A stretch of 64,000 nucleotides of DNA from an uncultured Actinomycetes bacterium (lineage in GTDB: Bacteria > Actinomycetota > UBA4738 > HRBIN12): the NCBI GenBank assembly GCA_963704885.1, contig CAVPIB010000004.1, positions 480,001-544,000 on the forward strand. The letters are read 5' to 3'. The notes beneath the pieces are model-generated. The model did no database searches. It saw nothing but the letters and a program-made list of their open reading frames with translations, and was not told the DNA's origin. The translations under genes and the position numbers were made by a program. Of the stretch, positions 1-10,846 are shown one piece after another (position 1 is the first letter of the stretch; every line of letters starts with the position of its first letter).

Positions 1-405
1 GCCGGCGTCGTCGACGGCCGCCCACAGGTCGTTGGCGGGGTTCGCCAACACATCGTGGATGGCGCCGAGCGAGCGGCCCGATTCCGTGACTACCTGGCAG
101 CCGACCAGCTGATGAGGCCAGTAGTCGCCCTCAGGGAGCTCGGGGAGCATGGACAGAGGGACCACGAGCCACGAGCCGCGGAGCAGGTCGGCCGCGTTAC
201 GATCCGTCACCCCTTCGAACGAGACGAGCAGCCGGCCGCCGTTCGGACGTGAGGCGCCGATCCGCAGCTCCTTGCCGTCCTCGAGGAACACGGACGACCC
301 TGGGTCGAACCGGTCGGGGTTGTCCGAGATGACCAGCACGACGACTTCCCCGCGCAGGCCGTGAGCCTTCGTGACCTTGCCGACGACGACGGTCGGCTCC
401 GACAC
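1..405 (-). CDS. rimM: Ribosome maturation factor RimM (runs off window start)
   Basis: Manual translation VSEPTVVVGKVTKAHGLRGEV...DYWPHQLVGCQVVTESG; follows rpsP-khpA. Confidence 0.92.
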   Translation of the reverse strand, partial: MSEPTVVVGKVTKAHGLRGEVVVLVISDNPDRFDPGSSVFLEDGKELRIGASRPNGGRLLVSFEGVTDRNAADLLRGSWLVVPLSMLPELPEGDYWPHQLVGCQVVTESGRSLGAIHDVLANPANDLWAAVDDAG

Positions 406-406
406 C

Positions 407-637
407 TCAGTCGGCTATGTCGACGCGCGCGGACATGCCCTGGCGCGTCGCAGCCGCCCGGACCACCGATCGGATAGCCTTCGCGGTGCGGCCGCCCCTG
501 CCGATGACCTTGCCCATGTCGTCGGGAGCCACGCGAACGGTGAGCAGGACTCCCCGCTGATCCGTGGATTCCGTCACCGACACGGAGCCAGGGTCGTCCA
601 CGAGCTCTCGGGCAAGGAACTCCACGAGCTCCCTCAC
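407..637 (-). CDS. khpA: KH-domain RNA-binding protein KhpA
   Basis: [21 protein letters not shown] motif, 76 aa, between rpsP and rimM. Confidence 0.92.
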   Translation of the reverse strand: MRELVEFLARELVDDPGSVSVTESTDQRGVLLTVRVAPDDMGKVIGRGGRTAKAIRSVVRAAATRQGMSARVDIAD

Positions 638-1236
638 GCCTCCGGCGCCTCCTCGGCGGCCGTCTCCTCCGCGGGAGATACATCGGAGGCCGGCTCCTCG
701 GCGGCCGGCTCCTCCGAGGGTGTCTCGTCGGAGGGAGCGGCCGAGTCGGAGGCGGACCCTTCCCCACCATCAGACGTGCCCTCCGCCAGCGGCGACTCGG
801 CCGTCTCCTGCAACTCGGGGGCAGCTTCTGGCGCAGGGTCTGGCGCAGGCTCAGCGGCGATCGCCTCGGCGGGCGGTGCCTCGGCCTCGGCGGCGGCCTT
901 GGCCGCGGCCTTCTTCGAGACCTTCTCCTTGACTGGCTTCTCGGTCCTGGTCTTCACCAACGCAGCCGCGGCCGGGCGCTCGATCACGAACTTGTCCCAG
1001 ATGCCGATCTTGACCATCAGGTTCCGCACCTGATCGCTCGGCTGCGCGCCGACCCGCAGCCAGTGCAGGGCGCGGTCCTCGTCGATCTCGATCAGCGAGG
1101 GGTCGTCGAGCGGATGGTACTTACCGATGTTCTCGATGAATCGACCATCGCGGGGAGCCCGCTGGTCGGCCACCACCACGCGGTAGAAGGGTCGCTTCTT
1201 CGCGCCCAACCGCCGCAGCCTGATCCTCGTCGCCAT
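634..1236 (-). CDS. rpsP: 30S ribosomal protein S16 with long acidic Ala/Glu/Pro-rich tail
   Basis: [35 protein letters not shown]. Confidence 0.97.
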   Translation of the reverse strand: MATRIRLRRLGAKKRPFYRVVVADQRAPRDGRFIENIGKYHPLDDPSLIEIDEDRALHWLRVGAQPSDQVRNLMVKIGIWDKFVIERPAAAALVKTRTEKPVKEKVSKKAAAKAAAEAEAPPAEAIAAEPAPDPAPEAAPELQETAESPLAEGTSDGGEGSASDSAAPSDETPSEEPAAEEPASDVSPAEETAAEEAPEA

Positions 1237-1251
1237 GTCGTCGATCCCTCT

Positions 1252-2610
1252 CTAACGCCTCTTGTTCTTCGGAGCGGAACCGGCCGGCATCTTCATCATG
1301 CCGGGCATCCGCTTGCCGCCGATCATCGTCCGCATCATCTTGCGGGCGCCCTCGAAATCCTTGAGTAGCCCGTTGACGTCGCTGGTAGTGGTACCCGAGC
1401 CGTTGGCGATCCGCAGGCGCCGGGACCCATGGATGATAGCGGGATTCCGCCGCTCCTCCGCGGTCATGGAGCAGATGATGGCCTCCGCCCGCCCGAGCTG
1501 ACCATCATCGACCTGGTCCGCGAGCTCCTTCATGGCGTCCCGACCTCCCGGGACGCCCGGGAGCATCTTCAGGACATCCTGGATGGGTCCGAGCTTACGC
1601 ATCTCGCGAAGTTGGGCCAGGAAGTCGTCGAGCGTGAACTGGCCTTTCAACAGCTGCTCGGCGGAGGCGCGGGCGGCGTCGGTGTCCATGGTCTCCTTGG
1701 CCTTGTCGATCAGCGTGAGCATGTCGCCCATGCCGAGGATCCTGCCGGCCATTCGATCGGGATAGAACGGCTCCAGATCCTCGGGTTTCTCACCTGTTCC
1801 AACGAAGTACACCGGCTTGCCGGTGACCGCGGTGATCGACAGCGCCGCGCCGCCGCGGGCGTCACCGTCCAGTTTCGTCAGAATGAACCCGGTGGTATCG
1901 ATCTGATCCATGAAGGCGCGCGCCTGCACCACAGCGTCTTGTCCGGTCATGGCGTCGCACGCCATGAGGACGTGGTGGGGCTTGGCGACGTCGCGGATCC
2001 TCCGCGCCTGCTTCATCATCTCGTCGTCCACGTGAATGCGACCGGCTGTGTCGATGATGACCACGTCCGCCTGCTGACGCTCCGCCTCCTTGAGCGCACT
2101 CTTGGCCACCTTGACGGGGTCGCGCCCATCTGAAACGACCGGCACGCCGATCTCACGGCCCAGTGTCTGCAGCTGCTCCACGGCAGCCGGGCGCTCTAGG
2201 TCGGCTGCCACCAGTAGCGGCCGCCGTCCCTTCCCCTTAAGGAGTTTCGCGAGCTTCGCGCACGCCGTCGTCTTGCCCGACCCCTGAACGCCCGCCATCA
2301 TCACGACGGCGGGGCGAACGGAAGGGAGCGTGAACGGTTGGTGCTCGCCGCCCAAGGTGACCGTGAGCTCTTGATCCACCACCTTCACGATCTGCTGGCC
2401 GGGGGTCAGGCTCCTCGTGACCTCCTCGGAGAGCGCGCGCTCTCGGACCCGTTCGAGCAGGTCGTCGGCTACCTGGACCGCGACGTCGGCCTCGAGCAGG
2501 GCCGTGCGCATCTCCGCCAGGGCATTGTCCACCTGCTTAGGGTGGAGCTTCCCCCGGGAGCGGAGCTTCCTGAAGACGCCGTTCAGGCGGTCGGTGAGGG
2601 TGTCGAACAT
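1252..2610 (-). CDS. ffh: Signal recognition particle protein Ffh
   Basis: MFDTLTDRL start, GVQGSGKTT, DTAGR, TKLDGDARGG, Met-rich M domain. Confidence 0.97.
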   Translation of the reverse strand: MFDTLTDRLNGVFRKLRSRGKLHPKQVDNALAEMRTALLEADVAVQVADDLLERVRERALSEEVTRSLTPGQQIVKVVDQELTVTLGGEHQPFTLPSVRPAVVMMAGVQGSGKTTACAKLAKLLKGKGRRPLLVAADLERPAAVEQLQTLGREIGVPVVSDGRDPVKVAKSALKEAERQQADVVIIDTAGRIHVDDEMMKQARRIRDVAKPHHVLMACDAMTGQDAVVQARAFMDQIDTTGFILTKLDGDARGGAALSITAVTGKPVYFVGTGEKPEDLEPFYPDRMAGRILGMGDMLTLIDKAKETMDTDAARASAEQLLKGQFTLDDFLAQLREMRKLGPIQDVLKMLPGVPGGRDAMKELADQVDDGQLGRAEAIICSMTAEERRNPAIIHGSRRLRIANGSGTTTSDVNGLLKDFEGARKMMRTMIGGKRMPGMMKMPAGSAPKNKRR

Positions 2611-2684
2611 GGTTACGTACGGAACAACGGCGGGTGGCACCGTGCCGGTGCCGCATCGTATCAATGGCGGGGAGTGCGGGGCCC

Positions 2685-4511
2685 ATGAGGCGAGACCTGG
2701 AGCAGGCTCGGAGACTGGAGCTTGGCCTGGTCAAGCTCCGATGGCTGCTGGTGGCATACGGGCTCGTCCAGACCTTGATCGAGACGGCGGATCCGGGGGC
2801 CCCCTCGTTCGCGGTGCCTCTCGGAGGGGCCCTCACTGCGGGGTTGTTCGTTTCCAACATCCTCATCGCTCGGATCGCCCGCAAAGCGAACGACGGCCGG
2901 ACACTCGGGTGGATCGGCGTCCTGGCGTTCGTCTTGGACTCGGTGGTCATCCTGGGACTCGTCTGGGTGGCCGCTCACCACCCCGCCGACCCCGCGTGGG
3001 TGATCGTCTATCTCCTGCCTATCGAGGGTGCGATGCGCTACGGCATGCCAGGGGCGCTGGCGCCGCTGTCGGTCATCCTCCTGTCGGAGCTCGGACGAGA
3101 GCTGTCGATGGCCGCCGAGTTCCCTAGATATGCGTTCGCGACGTCCGACGTTTCGTTCAGGGTCGGGATGGCGGCCGTGATCGCCGTGGTGTCTGGGATG
3201 TTCGCGGGTTCGCTCCGTCGAGAGGCTGAACGGGCCAGCGAGCGCACGGCGATGGCGGAGGAGGCCGCCAGGCTCGCGGAAGAGGCCGCCGGGCGAGAGG
3301 CCCAGGCTCAACGGGACCTGTCCGCGTTCCACACAGCCATCCTCGCCGGGATCGCCGCCGAAGATCCGGCCGATGGGATCCAGGCCATCGCCGAGGCCGT
3401 GGGGCGCGAGCTCGGATGCTACGCACTCGGAGTGCTCCTGCTGGAACCCGTCGAAGGCGGCGGGGAACAGCTGGTATCGGCGGGGGTCTTCGGCGATCCC
3501 GGCTATGGTCGCGGAACGCGGTTCGTCGGCGGCGCCGAGCCGTTCGAAGCCGGCCCCGGTTTCTCCCGGCCGAGCCTGCACGACGATCCGGCTGAGGCCG
3601 TGGTGCCCCTACGCGCAGGAGACACGGTGATCGGGATCCTCCACGAGAAGGGAGAGGCACCCGGGGCGATCGATCGCGAGCGACTGCTCCTGCTCGGCAG
3701 GCTCGCGGACCAGGTCTCGCTGGTGATCCAGGCCGCGCGGCTTCGGTCGCGGCAGGAAGAGACGTTGACCCGGCTGAGGGAACTCGACGAGTTGAAGTCG
3801 GACTTCGTGGCGATCACGAGTCACGAACTCCGAACGCCCCTCACCGCCGTCCGGGGTTTCGTCGACGCGCTCCGCCGGCGGCAGCAGGAACTCAGCCCCG
3901 AGGAGGTGCAGGAGTACTTGTCGATCATCCACGTTCAGACCGACCGGCTGATCCGCCTGGTCGAGGACCTCCTCCTGATCTCCCGCATCGAGGCCGGCAA
4001 GCTCACGTTCGTCCCCGAGCAGGTCCAGACCGCCGAGCTACTGACCTCGGTGCGTCACGGTCTGGGAGATCTTGCGGATCGGGTCGTGATGGTCGAATCA
4101 CCTGGCATGCCCAGGGAACTGGTCGCGGATCCTCAGCGAGTGATACAGGTACTCACGAACCTCTTGATGAACGCTCTGAAGTTCTCACCGCCCGATAAAC
4201 CGGTGCATCTGGCGGCCGGTTCGTATTCCACCGGAACGGTGACCTTCGCGGTGCGCGACCGGGGATCGGGTATCCCACCGGCAGAGCTGGACTTGATCTT
4301 CGACCGATTCCACCAGAGCGAGTCCACCGCAGCGCACTCCGAAGGCGCCGGCCTGGGGCTCTACATCGCCCGACAGCTCACGGAGGCGATGGGCGGATGG
4401 ATCACCGTGGAGTCCGCGCCCGGTCACGGGGCAACCTTCACGGTGACGATCCCGACGTCCCGGACCCTCGAAGAACCCGCTCCATTGTCCGGAGCAGGGC
4501 GAGCGGGCTGA
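2685..4511 (+). CDS. Membrane sensor histidine kinase with GAF-like domain
   Basis: Several N-terminal TM segments; H-box ITSHELRTPLT, NLLMNALKFS, DRGSGIP, GAGLGLYI; start uncertain (2664 or 2685). Confidence 0.9.
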   Translation: MRRDLEQARRLELGLVKLRWLLVAYGLVQTLIETADPGAPSFAVPLGGALTAGLFVSNILIARIARKANDGRTLGWIGVLAFVLDSVVILGLVWVAAHHPADPAWVIVYLLPIEGAMRYGMPGALAPLSVILLSELGRELSMAAEFPRYAFATSDVSFRVGMAAVIAVVSGMFAGSLRREAERASERTAMAEEAARLAEEAAGREAQAQRDLSAFHTAILAGIAAEDPADGIQAIAEAVGRELGCYALGVLLLEPVEGGGEQLVSAGVFGDPGYGRGTRFVGGAEPFEAGPGFSRPSLHDDPAEAVVPLRAGDTVIGILHEKGEAPGAIDRERLLLLGRLADQVSLVIQAARLRSRQEETLTRLRELDELKSDFVAITSHELRTPLTAVRGFVDALRRRQQELSPEEVQEYLSIIHVQTDRLIRLVEDLLLISRIEAGKLTFVPEQVQTAELLTSVRHGLGDLADRVVMVESPGMPRELVADPQRVIQVLTNLLMNALKFSPPDKPVHLAAGSYSTGTVTFAVRDRGSGIPPAELDLIFDRFHQSESTAAHSEGAGLGLYIARQLTEAMGGWITVESAPGHGATFTVTIPTSRTLEEPAPLSGAGRAG

Positions 4512-4825
4512 ACGGCTTCGTGATGTAGTCGTCGGCTCCCAAGGCGAGGGCGCGCTTGCGCCCCTCTTCGCCGGTCGCGGTCACGATGACGACGAGGACG
4601 CCTTCCGTGTCCGGATCGGCCTTGAGCGCCTCGAGGACGTCGCTTCCCGACACGACCGGGATGTTCAGGTCCAAGAAGGACCACGTCGGGCGGGCGCTCC
4701 CGCGCCATCGCGATCCCGTTCTCGCCGTCCACTGCCTCCTCTACCTGGTGGCCGTCCTCCTCGAGCACCAGTCGCATCGCTTCCCTCATCGTCGGGTGAT
4801 CCTCGACGATCAGGACGTTCGCCAT
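4438..4825 (-). pseudogene. Single-domain response regulator split by a frameshift near 4675 (possible assembly error)
   Basis: MANVLIVEDH...PPDVV continues in another frame as LDLNIP...IVTATG...GADDYITKPFSP. Confidence 0.85.
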
Positions 4826-4828
4826 CGC

Positions 4829-5824
4829 CTAGCTCCGCAGCAGGCCGTCGGCGAACGCATCGGCCCGGAACGGACGGAGGTCATCGGCGCCCTCGCCGAC
4901 GCCCACGAACCGAACCGGGACGCCGAGCTCTTCGCGTACCGCCAGCACCACGCCGCCTCGCGCGGACCCATCCATCTTCGTGAGCACGACTCCGGTGACG
5001 TCGACCGCCTCGGTGAAGGCCCGCGCCTGGGCGATGCCGTTCTGTCCGGTGGTCGCATCCAACACGAGCAGGGTGTCGTCGACCTCGGCGCCGGCCTTCT
5101 GGATCACTCGCTTGACCTTGGCCAGCTCATCCATGAGCGGCGTCTTCGTGTGCAGACGACCCGCGGTGTCGACGATCAGGACATCGGAGCCTCGCGCGGT
5201 GGCCGACTTCACGGCATCGAAAGCCACGGCGCCGGGATCGGCGCCTCGCTGCTGGGAAACCACGTGGGCCCCGGTGCGCTGCGCCCAGACTTGGAGCTGC
5301 TCCCCCGCCGCAGCACGGTACGTGTCGCTCGCTGCAAGACTGACCGCGTGTCCCTGCACCGCCAACCGGCGGGCCAACTTGCCGATCGTGGTGGTCTTCC
5401 CGGATCCGTTCACGCCGACCACCAGGATGACCGCCAGCTTGTCGCGCGCCAGCTCCATCTCGCCGTCCGCCCCCAAGATCGCGATCACCTCGGTCCGGAG
5501 CAGAGCGACCGGGTCGCTGCCCACTACGAATCGTTCGCGCACGCGAGCCACCAGATCTGCCGCCCCGCGAGGCCCCACGTCCGCCCGGATCAGAAGGGCC
5601 TCCAGCGCAGACCAAGTGTCCGGCGAGATGCCGCGTCCGAAGAGGGCGCGCACGCGTTCGCCGAGCCCCGTTCCCCCTCCCGGAGCCGTGATGACATCCA
5701 TCTGTTCGTCGACGTCGGAGTCGTCTTCCACATCGAACATGAGCGCCCGGCGGCGTCGGATCACCACGACACCGGCGACCACGCAGAGGATCGCGATCGG
5801 GATGAACAGGAGGGTGATGTTCAC
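4829..5824 (-). CDS. ftsY: SRP receptor FtsY with N-terminal TM anchor
   Basis: GVNGSGKTTT, DTYRAAA, DTAGRLHTK, TKMDGSARGG. Confidence 0.96.
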   Translation of the reverse strand: MNITLLFIPIAILCVVAGVVVIRRRRALMFDVEDDSDVDEQMDVITAPGGGTGLGERVRALFGRGISPDTWSALEALLIRADVGPRGAADLVARVRERFVVGSDPVALLRTEVIAILGADGEMELARDKLAVILVVGVNGSGKTTTIGKLARRLAVQGHAVSLAASDTYRAAAGEQLQVWAQRTGAHVVSQQRGADPGAVAFDAVKSATARGSDVLIVDTAGRLHTKTPLMDELAKVKRVIQKAGAEVDDTLLVLDATTGQNGIAQARAFTEAVDVTGVVLTKMDGSARGGVVLAVREELGVPVRFVGVGEGADDLRPFRADAFADGLLRS

Positions 5825-5833
5825 GGGTCCAGG

Positions 5834-8800
5834 CTAGTGGACCGGCTCCGTCTCCGGCAGAGAGAACGTCTGGGTCTGGTCCGCGATCCGTCGCGGTTCC
5901 TCCATCTGCTGGCAGACGATCTTCGTGGTGCCGTCCTTCGAGAGCGAGACCCCGTACATCATGCCGGCGATCTCCATGGTCCGCTTCTGGTGCGTCACGA
6001 TCATCACCTGTGAATCGCGGGCGAACCCTTCGATCAATCGCAGGAACCGATGCAGGTTCACGTCGTCGAGCGCCGGCTCCACCTCGTCCATCAGATAGAA
6101 CGGACTGGGTCGAGCCGTGAAGATCGCGAACAGGAACGCCATCGCCGTGAGCGACCGTTCGCCGCCGGACAGCAGCGAGATCCGCTTGACGCGCTTGCGA
6201 CCGGGACTGGCCTCGATCTCGATCCCGCTCGTGAGCGGCTGCGCCGGATCCGTAAGTATCAACCGCCCCGAGCCACCCGGGAACAGCTCGGCGATCAGCC
6301 GCTCGAACTCACGGGCCACGTCGCGGTAAGCCTGATCGAAGGTCTCGGTGATCTCGTGATCCACCTTCGCGATCACTTCCAGGAGATCGCGCCGGGCCTT
6401 GCGGACGTCGTCCAGCTCGCGCGCCATGAAGTCGTGGCGCTCCTGCAGGGCGTCGAACTCGCCGGTCGCGAGCAGGTTGACACGACCAAGCAGCGCCAAC
6501 CGGCGCTGAACCAGCTCGGACTTCTTCTCGAGCGATCCGACCGAATCCTCCTCAGTGAGCGTCGCGAGAGCGTCTGCGGGGGCGCACTGATGGCCCTCGC
6601 GCAACAAGCGCTCCGCCTCGCCGATCCGGCGTTCGATGTCGCCGCGCAGGCGGTCCTCATCCTCGTAGGTCTCGCGGAGCCGATCGAGCTCGGTAGACGC
6701 GTCGCGCCACGCCTTGTTGACCTCGGCCTCGCGCTCGGCGGCCACACGCTCTGCCTCGGCGGCCGCGTCGCGGGCGACGGAGGCCTCGGCCGCAGACCCC
6801 TCCGCACGCCTCACGGCCTCCTCTGCATGCGCGCGGGCGTCCTCGGCGGTCTGGACCGCGGCGCGTAGCTGCACCGGATCCTGCGACGCTAGAGCATCCC
6901 GATCGGCTCGTAGGTCCACCAGGCGGGCGTCCAGCGTCGCCCGATCCCGGCGGAGCGTCTCGACCGCGACGCGGGCGGACACGGGTGGTTGGGGTCTCGG
7001 AGGAAGCTCGGGCATCTCCTCGAGGAGCGGTTCCGAGTCCGCCAGGCGCTCTCGCCACATCGCCATCCCGTCCTCGACAGAGCCCGCTCGCTGACGCAGC
7101 AACTCCTCTTCCCTGCGAACGCCGACGAGCTCGATCTCGATCCGGGCCAGACGCTCCGCTGCCGACGTGATCTCGGCATCGGCCGCATCGATCTGTTCGC
7201 CCAAGAAGGCGACCTCGCCGCCGATCTCCTCGACGCGCTCACGCTTCGGCTTGAGCACGTTGCGGGTGGCGGCCAGGTCATGCTCCAACACCTGTAGCTC
7301 CGCCCGGATCTCACGGGCACGGGCGTCGGCCACCCCTGCCGTGTGGATCACCGCGGGGCCGACCAGCACACCATCGGGCGTCACGAACGACGCCGCGGGG
7401 TGTGATGCCTGCTTCTCGGCGGCCTCCTCCACGGTATCGGCCAGGTACACGTCCCGAAGGACGGTGCTCGCGATCCCGCGCGCCACGGGTTCGGCCTCGA
7501 TGACCGAGAGCAGCGCTCTCTCGCCGCGGAGGCCGATCGGCACCGGCCCCCCGCCCGCGATCGCCAGGATGGCGCCGTCCCCCTCGGGGGCGTCGGCGAG
7601 GGCCCTGTCGCCGTCCTGGTAGACCACCGCATCTGCCAGCGGGCCGAGGGCCGCCACCAGCGCGCGCTCCAGGCCGGCCTGGATACGGACCAGATCACGC
7701 AGCGGCCCGACCGCGTGACCCTTGTGCGTCTGCAGGAACCGAGAGCCGGCCGTCTCCTCGATATCGCGCCGGCGAGCCTCCAGCAGGTCGCGCCGGGCCT
7801 GGTGCCGACGCTCCACGTCCTCGAGCTCCTCGATCTTCTCGACCAGACCCCGCCGCTCCTGGTCGAGAAGCCGGCGCCGGTCGGTGAGCGGAGATGACTG
7901 CCCATCCAGGCGTTCGATGTCCGCCTCCAGCGCGTCGCGCTCTCGTTCGAGGGCTCCCAACGCGTCCCGCGACGTCGGCGATCCCGGTCTCCAAGCGCTC
8001 GCGCTCCCGTTCGGAGGACGCCATGCTCCGCCGGAGCGCCTCCACCTCGGCCCGCCGCCCCGCGGCCTCCTCGCCCATCCGGCGACGCACGTCCTCGACC
8101 TGGCGACGACGCTCCTCCGCCAAGCTGAAGGCCTCCTCGGCCTCGGCCAGCTCTCGTTCGCCGGCCTGGAGATCGGCCAGCACCCGCGCCAGATCCTTCT
8201 CCGCCCGATCGAGCTCGCCGCGAACCGCGTCCATCCGAGCGGTACGAGATGCCTCAGCCGCCAGATCCCTCCGGGCGGCGGACTCCAGCTCGACGGCGGC
8301 CCGGAACGCCTGCTCCGAGTCGCTCCGCTCGACCTGAGCGGCGCGGAACGCCTGCTCTGCGTCTACCAGCACGCGGGAGGCCGTGGCTCGCTGGTCGGCG
8401 GCCGCCAACACGCCTCCATCCAGCTCGTCCAGCCGCGCGCGCGCGGTCTTGCGGGCCTGGAGGCCCTCGTCCCAGCCGGTCTGGCGGCGCTCCTTCTCGC
8501 GGAGGAGCGCGCGCAGCCTGGCGGCGGCCAGCTGCCGCGACAGCTCCTCGGCTTGCGCGCTCAACGTCTCGTGCTTCTTAGCCATCTCCGCCTGCTGCTG
8601 CAGCGGCTTGAGCTGGCGCCGCAGCTCGGCCAGCACGTCCTGAAGCCGGAGGAGATCTTGGTCGAGGCCCTCCAGCTTCCGCTCGGCACGTTCCTTCCGA
8701 CGGCGGTGCTTGGCTATCCCCGCGGCCTCCTCGATGTACTTGCGCCGTTCCTCCGGACGGGACAGGAGGACTTCTTCCAGCTGACCCTGCCCAACGACCG

Positions 8801-9215
8801 TATGCAGCGCACGCCCGATCCCCGTTTCGGACAAGAGCTCCTGCACATCGAGTAGCCGCACCAACTGCCCGTTGATCCGGTACTCGCTCTCGCCCGAGCG
8901 GAAGATCGTGCGACTGACCTCGATCTCGGACATGGGGACAGGGATCTTGCCCTCGGTGTTGTCGATGACGAGCTTCACCTCGGCCATGCCCAGGGCGGGC
9001 CGAGACGGGGTGCCGGCGAAGATCACGTCGGCCATGTGTCCACCACGCAGGGCGCGAGCCCCCTGCTCGCCCAGCACCCAGCTGATGGCGTCGACCAGGT
9101 TCGACTTCCCCGCCCCATTGGGCCCGACGATCACGCTCACCCCTGGGAGGAACTCCAGGACGGTCTTGTCCGCGAACGACTTGAAGCCACGGATCTGGAT
9201 CTGGCGCAAGAACAT
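5834..9215 (-). CDS. smc: Chromosome segregation protein SMC, split by one frameshift near 7960
   Basis: N-half MFLRQIQIRGFKSF..GPNGAGKSN; C-half hinge, LSGGERS, MDEVEPALDD; frame change at GTTGGGAGCC. Confidence 0.93.
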
Positions 9216-9351
9216 GCGGCGCGATGCTAACAGTGGGCTTCCACCCAACCCGGGAGCCGCTCACAGATTCTTCGTCGCCGGCTCTCAGGACGGATCGCTT
9301 GCTGGCGGACAAGGCTCGGCGCGATACCCTGACACGCAAGGAGGTTCGGCC

Positions 9352-9936
9352 GTGCCCGCGTACAACCCAGAGACCGCGCTCATCGTCGTGGACGTTCAGA
9401 ACGATTTCGCGGCCCCCAAGGGGAGCCTTCGCGTCGCCGGTGGCGACCAGGTGATCCCGCTCATCAACCAGGAGGTCGAGCGGGCCCTGGATGCCGGCGC
9501 GTTCGTCGTATACACGCAGGACTGGCACCCTCCGACGACGCCGCATTTCAAGAAGGACGGAGGGATCTGGCCCGTCCACTGCGTCGGGGCAACGTGGGGC
9601 GCGGCGCTGCACCCGGACCTCAGGGTGGAGGGACCGCTGGTGCGCAAGGGTTCCGGAGGCGGCGACGGGTATTCAGGTTTCACGGTCCGCGACCCCTCGA
9701 GCGGCGAGACCACCGCGACCTCCCTCGACGAGCTGCTGCGCGAGCGCCGCGTCGAGCGGGTGGCTATCTGCGGTCTGGCCACCGACTACTGCGTCGTCGA
9801 GACGGTGGTGGACGCGCGCATGCTCGGGTACCCGGTGCAGGTGATCGCCGCCGCGATCCGAGGGGTCGAGCTGGAGCCGGGTGACGGTGAGCGGGCCATC
9901 GCCCGCATGCGCGACGCCGGCGCCGAGATCGTCTAG
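9352..9936 (+). CDS. pncA: Nicotinamidase/pyrazinamidase
   Basis: VDVQNDF, DWHP, WPVHC, GLATDYCV; AAGGAGG RBS before GTG. Confidence 0.9.
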   Translation: MPAYNPETALIVVDVQNDFAAPKGSLRVAGGDQVIPLINQEVERALDAGAFVVYTQDWHPPTTPHFKKDGGIWPVHCVGATWGAALHPDLRVEGPLVRKGSGGGDGYSGFTVRDPSSGETTATSLDELLRERRVERVAICGLATDYCVVETVVDARMLGYPVQVIAAAIRGVELEPGDGERAIARMRDAGAEIV

Positions 9937-9951
9937 TCCGTCTCAGACTAG
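9933..9951. repeat. CTAG-bounded near-palindromic 19-bp element, copy 1
   Basis: ctagtccgtctcagactag; 17/19 identical to 19866-19884. Confidence 0.6.
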
Positions 9952-9991
9952 ATGACTCACCGTTACCCCCCCTCGATCAACCCTGGCTCGA

Positions 9992-10834
9992 TCAGCTCTG
10001 GCATTGAGGACAGAAGTAGGCGCCGCGAGACGCGATCTTCACGGTCTGGATCGGCGTGCGGCACCGACGACACGGCAACCCTTCCCGGCCGTAGACCTTG
10101 AGCTCGCTCTGGTATTCGCCCGGCTTGCCGAACAGGTCCACGTAGGCCTCGTCGTCGAGCGTAGTGCCGCGCGCCTTGATGGCATCCTGCAATGTCTCCT
10201 GGATGGCCCTGTACAACCGTCGAACCTCCTGGGACGACAGCGTGTCGGACATCCTGTCGAAGCGGATCCCCGCCGCGAACAAGACCTCGTCGGAGTAGAT
10301 GTTGCCCAGCCCCGCGATGAACTTCTGGTCCATCAGGAGCTGCTTCATCTTCGACGCCCGCTCCGCGAGCAGGTACTGGAACGTCGGCCACGTGAACACC
10401 TGGTCGAGCGGGTCGATCGCCAGATGCTGCAGCTCCTTGATCTTGCCGACCTCGTCCGATGTCGAGACGAACATCTCGCCGAACGTCCTCGGGTCTATGT
10501 AGCGCAGATCCCCGCCCTGCTGGAACGTGAGCACCACGTGGGTGTGAGGTGCCACCGCGACCCGCCCGGTGCCCCGCTGGAACTGGCCACTCATCCCGAA
10601 GTGCGTGACGAGCACGTCACCGGAGTCGAGCGGCATCAAGAGGTACTTGCCACGCCGTTCGACCTTGCCGATCTTTCGACCGTCCAGGCGAGCGGTGAAC
10701 TCCTTGCGCTTGGAGTGTCGACGGATGATCCGCATGGCGTTCTTCGAGGGCTTCACCTCCGACTTCTTGATCCGCCGGCCGACGACGTCCTTCTCCAGGT
10801 CGCGACGCATCACCTCGACCTCGGGTAGCTCCAC
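9992..10834 (-). CDS. mutM: Formamidopyrimidine-DNA glycosylase (Fpg/Nei family)
   Basis: ELPEVE, RRGKYL, HFGMSG, GLGNIYSDE, C-terminal CxxC..CPQCQ zinc finger. Confidence 0.9.
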   Translation of the reverse strand: MELPEVEVMRRDLEKDVVGRRIKKSEVKPSKNAMRIIRRHSKRKEFTARLDGRKIGKVERRGKYLLMPLDSGDVLVTHFGMSGQFQRGTGRVAVAPHTHVVLTFQQGGDLRYIDPRTFGEMFVSTSDEVGKIKELQHLAIDPLDQVFTWPTFQYLLAERASKMKQLLMDQKFIAGLGNIYSDEVLFAAGIRFDRMSDTLSSQEVRRLYRAIQETLQDAIKARGTTLDDEAYVDLFGKPGEYQSELKVYGREGLPCRRCRTPIQTVKIASRGAYFCPQCQS

Positions 10835-10846
10835 TTCGTCCCCCCT

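Noticed and set aside
634-960. Long acidic tail on S16
   Set aside because: Common in actinobacterial S16 proteins
7950-7975. Programmed frameshift or split smc
   Set aside because: One extra G in a short run, no slippery heptamer, and other isolated indels in the window; most likely a consensus error
9972-10002. Imperfect 15-bp tandem duplication at the mutM stop (ctcgatcaaccctgg / ctcgatcagctctgg)
   Set aside because: Only two units, so not an array; may relate to the nearby CTAG element but is unsupported on its own
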